Both the position numbers and the translations under genes were made by a program. From the NCBI GenBank assembly GCA_036172245.1, contig JAYWIR010000003.1, forward strand, positions 5,332,001-5,396,000: 64,000 nt of DNA. The letters are read 5' to 3'. The notes beneath the pieces are model-generated. The model ran no database searches, was not told where the DNA came from, and worked only from the letters and a program-made list of their open reading frames with translations. Positions 62,101 to 64,000 of this stretch are shown piece after piece (position 1 is the stretch's first letter; each line of letters opens with the position of its first letter). This DNA is from Raillietiella orientalis. Taxonomy: Eukaryota.

Positions 62101-62763
62101 ATGTCATTAAAACAGCTGGAAACTCTGCTTAAACGATGATGACGCTCGAAATATGAAAATGACTCGCAGCTGCACCCGCTCTGGGGGAAGAATCCTCATC
62201 TGCAACAAGGATGCACGAGACCGTTTCCAGGGGAATTTCATTTTTGGGAGAATGCTGCGAAGTACTACCGGGATCCTTTATGCAAGAGCTAGTGAGCAGC
62301 TGACGACAAGCGGATGACTCCCGTTCGACGACAAGGAGGAAGTCCCAAAATCGGGTGAGTGACTTTCCCCGAGGATTCGGTGCAAAAGGGGGAAGAGCGA
62401 TGGAGAATGACCCCAGCTAACTGAAGGATCCCAAAGCGGAGGTTCAGACATCTTCGGATGTGGTGTGAATCTGACCCGCATTTACCGCACTAATGGGCTG
62501 TGAGCGGTGCGCGCTCGGACCTCTAGAGACGAAGAGCGGGTCCCGAAGAATTTCTTGCCGCAAGGCATGAGCCATGTTGACCGGTGGCACAAGCAGCATC
62601 TACGTAGCCAACGAACACTGCTTTTCCTCATCAAGGTGCCACCTTCTCCGTTCAGGATGTGAGCCCACCTCGCCCTCGAACACTTCCCGTTAAAGTCCTC
62701 GTAGTCCGTGCAGGAAAGGAAACTCTTTCCGGCCCCCTCCTGCCTGCGAAACGGGAAACTTAC
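59123..62763 (-). other. Phase-1 GT-AG intron (3641 nt) within RRM3 of the CELF gene
   Basis: GTAAGT donor at 62763-62758 and polypyrimidine+CAG acceptor ending at 59123; joining the exons restores SKCFGFVSF (RNP1). Confidence 0.93.
59200..61450 (+). mobile_element. Intronic Tx1/L1-like LINE with its RT core inverted
   Basis: EN-end and linker on plus 59210-59700; RT0-RT7 motifs on minus 60575-59780; ITGRLSQWKRAGL thumb and C-terminus on plus from about 60585; T-rich tail at about 61410-61440. Confidence 0.75.
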
Positions 62764-62919
62764 CGAAGCACTTGCTCTGGTTCGTGGCACGATCGATGAA
62801 TACTTTCGAGCTGATGACGTTCCCGAACGGCAGAAACATCTGCATCAACTCGGCATCTCCGAACTCTTGAGGAAGGTGGTAGATGAAGAGGTTGCATCCT
62901 TCTGGACCGGAAATGTAAC
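62764..62919 (-). CDS. CELF4: CELF3-6/Bruno-3 family (CUGBP Elav-like) RNA-binding protein, penultimate coding exon (N-terminal half of RRM3)
   Basis: Minus strand reads tccgtag|GT TAC ATT TCC GGT CCA GAA...TGC TTC G|gtaagt and encodes (G)[51 protein letters not shown](G). It is 156 nt, phase 1-1, with canonical AG/GT, and is near-identical to CELF4/Bru-3 RRM3 as I recall it. The exact paralog name is uncertain (invertebrate bru3). Confidence 0.96.
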
Positions 62920-64000
62920 CTACGGAGGATTGCTCGTGATTGCGTGGTAGGGAAGCAGCGACTCTCAGGCAGCTGACGCCGAAAGGACCGACGCTCCCTC
63001 TGGATGAAAACCGTCCACGGACGATTGCCAGCATGAATTTCTCCGAGACGACGCGGACGTACGGCCTGTGAATTTCCCTAGGAACGAGCACGGTCCTTCT
63101 GCGTTGTTTTTCAGGAGAGGTCAGACATCTTCGTGAACCCGTCACTCGCGACACCTCTTCGTTCTCCCGTTATCTTCGCTTGCCCACAGGAGAGAAGAGG
63201 CATTCTAACTCTTTCTGTCGATCAAACCTCTCCGATCCGCTTTCGCCGGTGGGAATGAGCTTTAACAGCATGCCTAGAAGTTTTCCTCCGTCGCAACCTC
63301 CCTCTTCCTGTTCAGAGGAATAGGAAGAGTACGGTCACCATGGATGGAGGGTCTCATCGGACTCCACCTGCTGTACTTTGGCTTTGAATTGCCATCCTTC
63401 CCTCCTGCTCCTCGGTCCCGTTCACTCCAGTTTTCGGAAAATCTCCAAGGTTTCACCTAAAGCTTCCCACTCGGAGATCTCGACTCGTTTCCTGAAGCTG
63501 TAGGACATCAGAGGATCTTCAAAAACTCTGCTGGACGGAAAGCGACAGGAGCAACTCCTATCCTACTCAGTCTTGAGGAACAAATGGTGGGGACATATTT
63601 GCGACTGGGAAAAGGAGTGGCAACCAGGGGCAAGAAAGATGATGGATTCAGCCCTCTCGTACTTCGCTATCAGTAATTCTCTTTCCTTCTCCCTGAGGCA
63701 TGATTCTCCAAAATGCCGTGCCTCGATTGCATGCAATCTTCCCAGATTCTTTGATCAATGGTGAGATCCTTTCAGAAATTCGTCTAGGAACACCGCTTCG
63801 TGTGGACAAGAAGCGTCTTCTTAGTTGCTCCGGAGGGAACCGGTTCCAGTTCCAAAGAATTATGATGCAAGTCGATCCAGTGCAGCAGCGCTCCCAAGGC
63901 TAGGACGCAAGCTCTTTGTAGAGTCCTCCTTGCTAAAGGTGTCTAGCGAGGCGACACTCCCATCCTTGAACAGCAAAGTGGAAGAAAGAATAAAGCTGGC

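Noticed and set aside
62690..63154. 154-aa ORF as the full CELF coding unit
   Set aside because: Only 62764-62919 is exon; the flanking residues are read-through into introns beyond canonical splice sites.
63878..63903. QQRSQG resembling the QQREG linker preceding CELF RRM3
   Set aside because: Wrong strand, no splice sites, and it lies in LINE-like sequence. The upstream CELF exons are probably outside the window.
1..64000. CRISPR arrays, rRNA, tRNA, operons or an intact autonomous transposon
   Set aside because: I found no regularly spaced repeats, RNA-gene signatures or long intact ORFs; every TE coding region is frameshifted.

Overview
Eukaryotic (animal, probably arthropod) genomic DNA, not a prokaryotic locus. 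The only cellular coding sequence I can support is the last two coding exons of a CELF3-6/Bruno-3 RNA-binding protein gene (RRM3) on the minus strand, at 62764-62919 and 58995-59122. A likely 3'-UTR intron starts 44 nt after the stop. Most of the remaining ~60 kb is frameshifted, deletion-compressed transposon remnants: many Tx1/L1-like LINEs, other LINEs, BEL/Pao and Gypsy LTR pieces, two DIRS/Ngaro-type tyrosine-recombinase retroelements, a hAT transposase relic, MITEs and a possible Penelope relic with a degenerate hammerhead motif. The most striking unexplained pattern is that elements of unrelated classes carry in-place internal inversions of about 0.4-1 kb. One inversion junction sits on a fold-back hairpin. 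I see no intact novel multi-gene system. TE calls come from by-eye motif recognition in degenerate translations, and their boundaries are approximate (about +/-50-100 bp). Almost all of the supplied ORF track is spurious.
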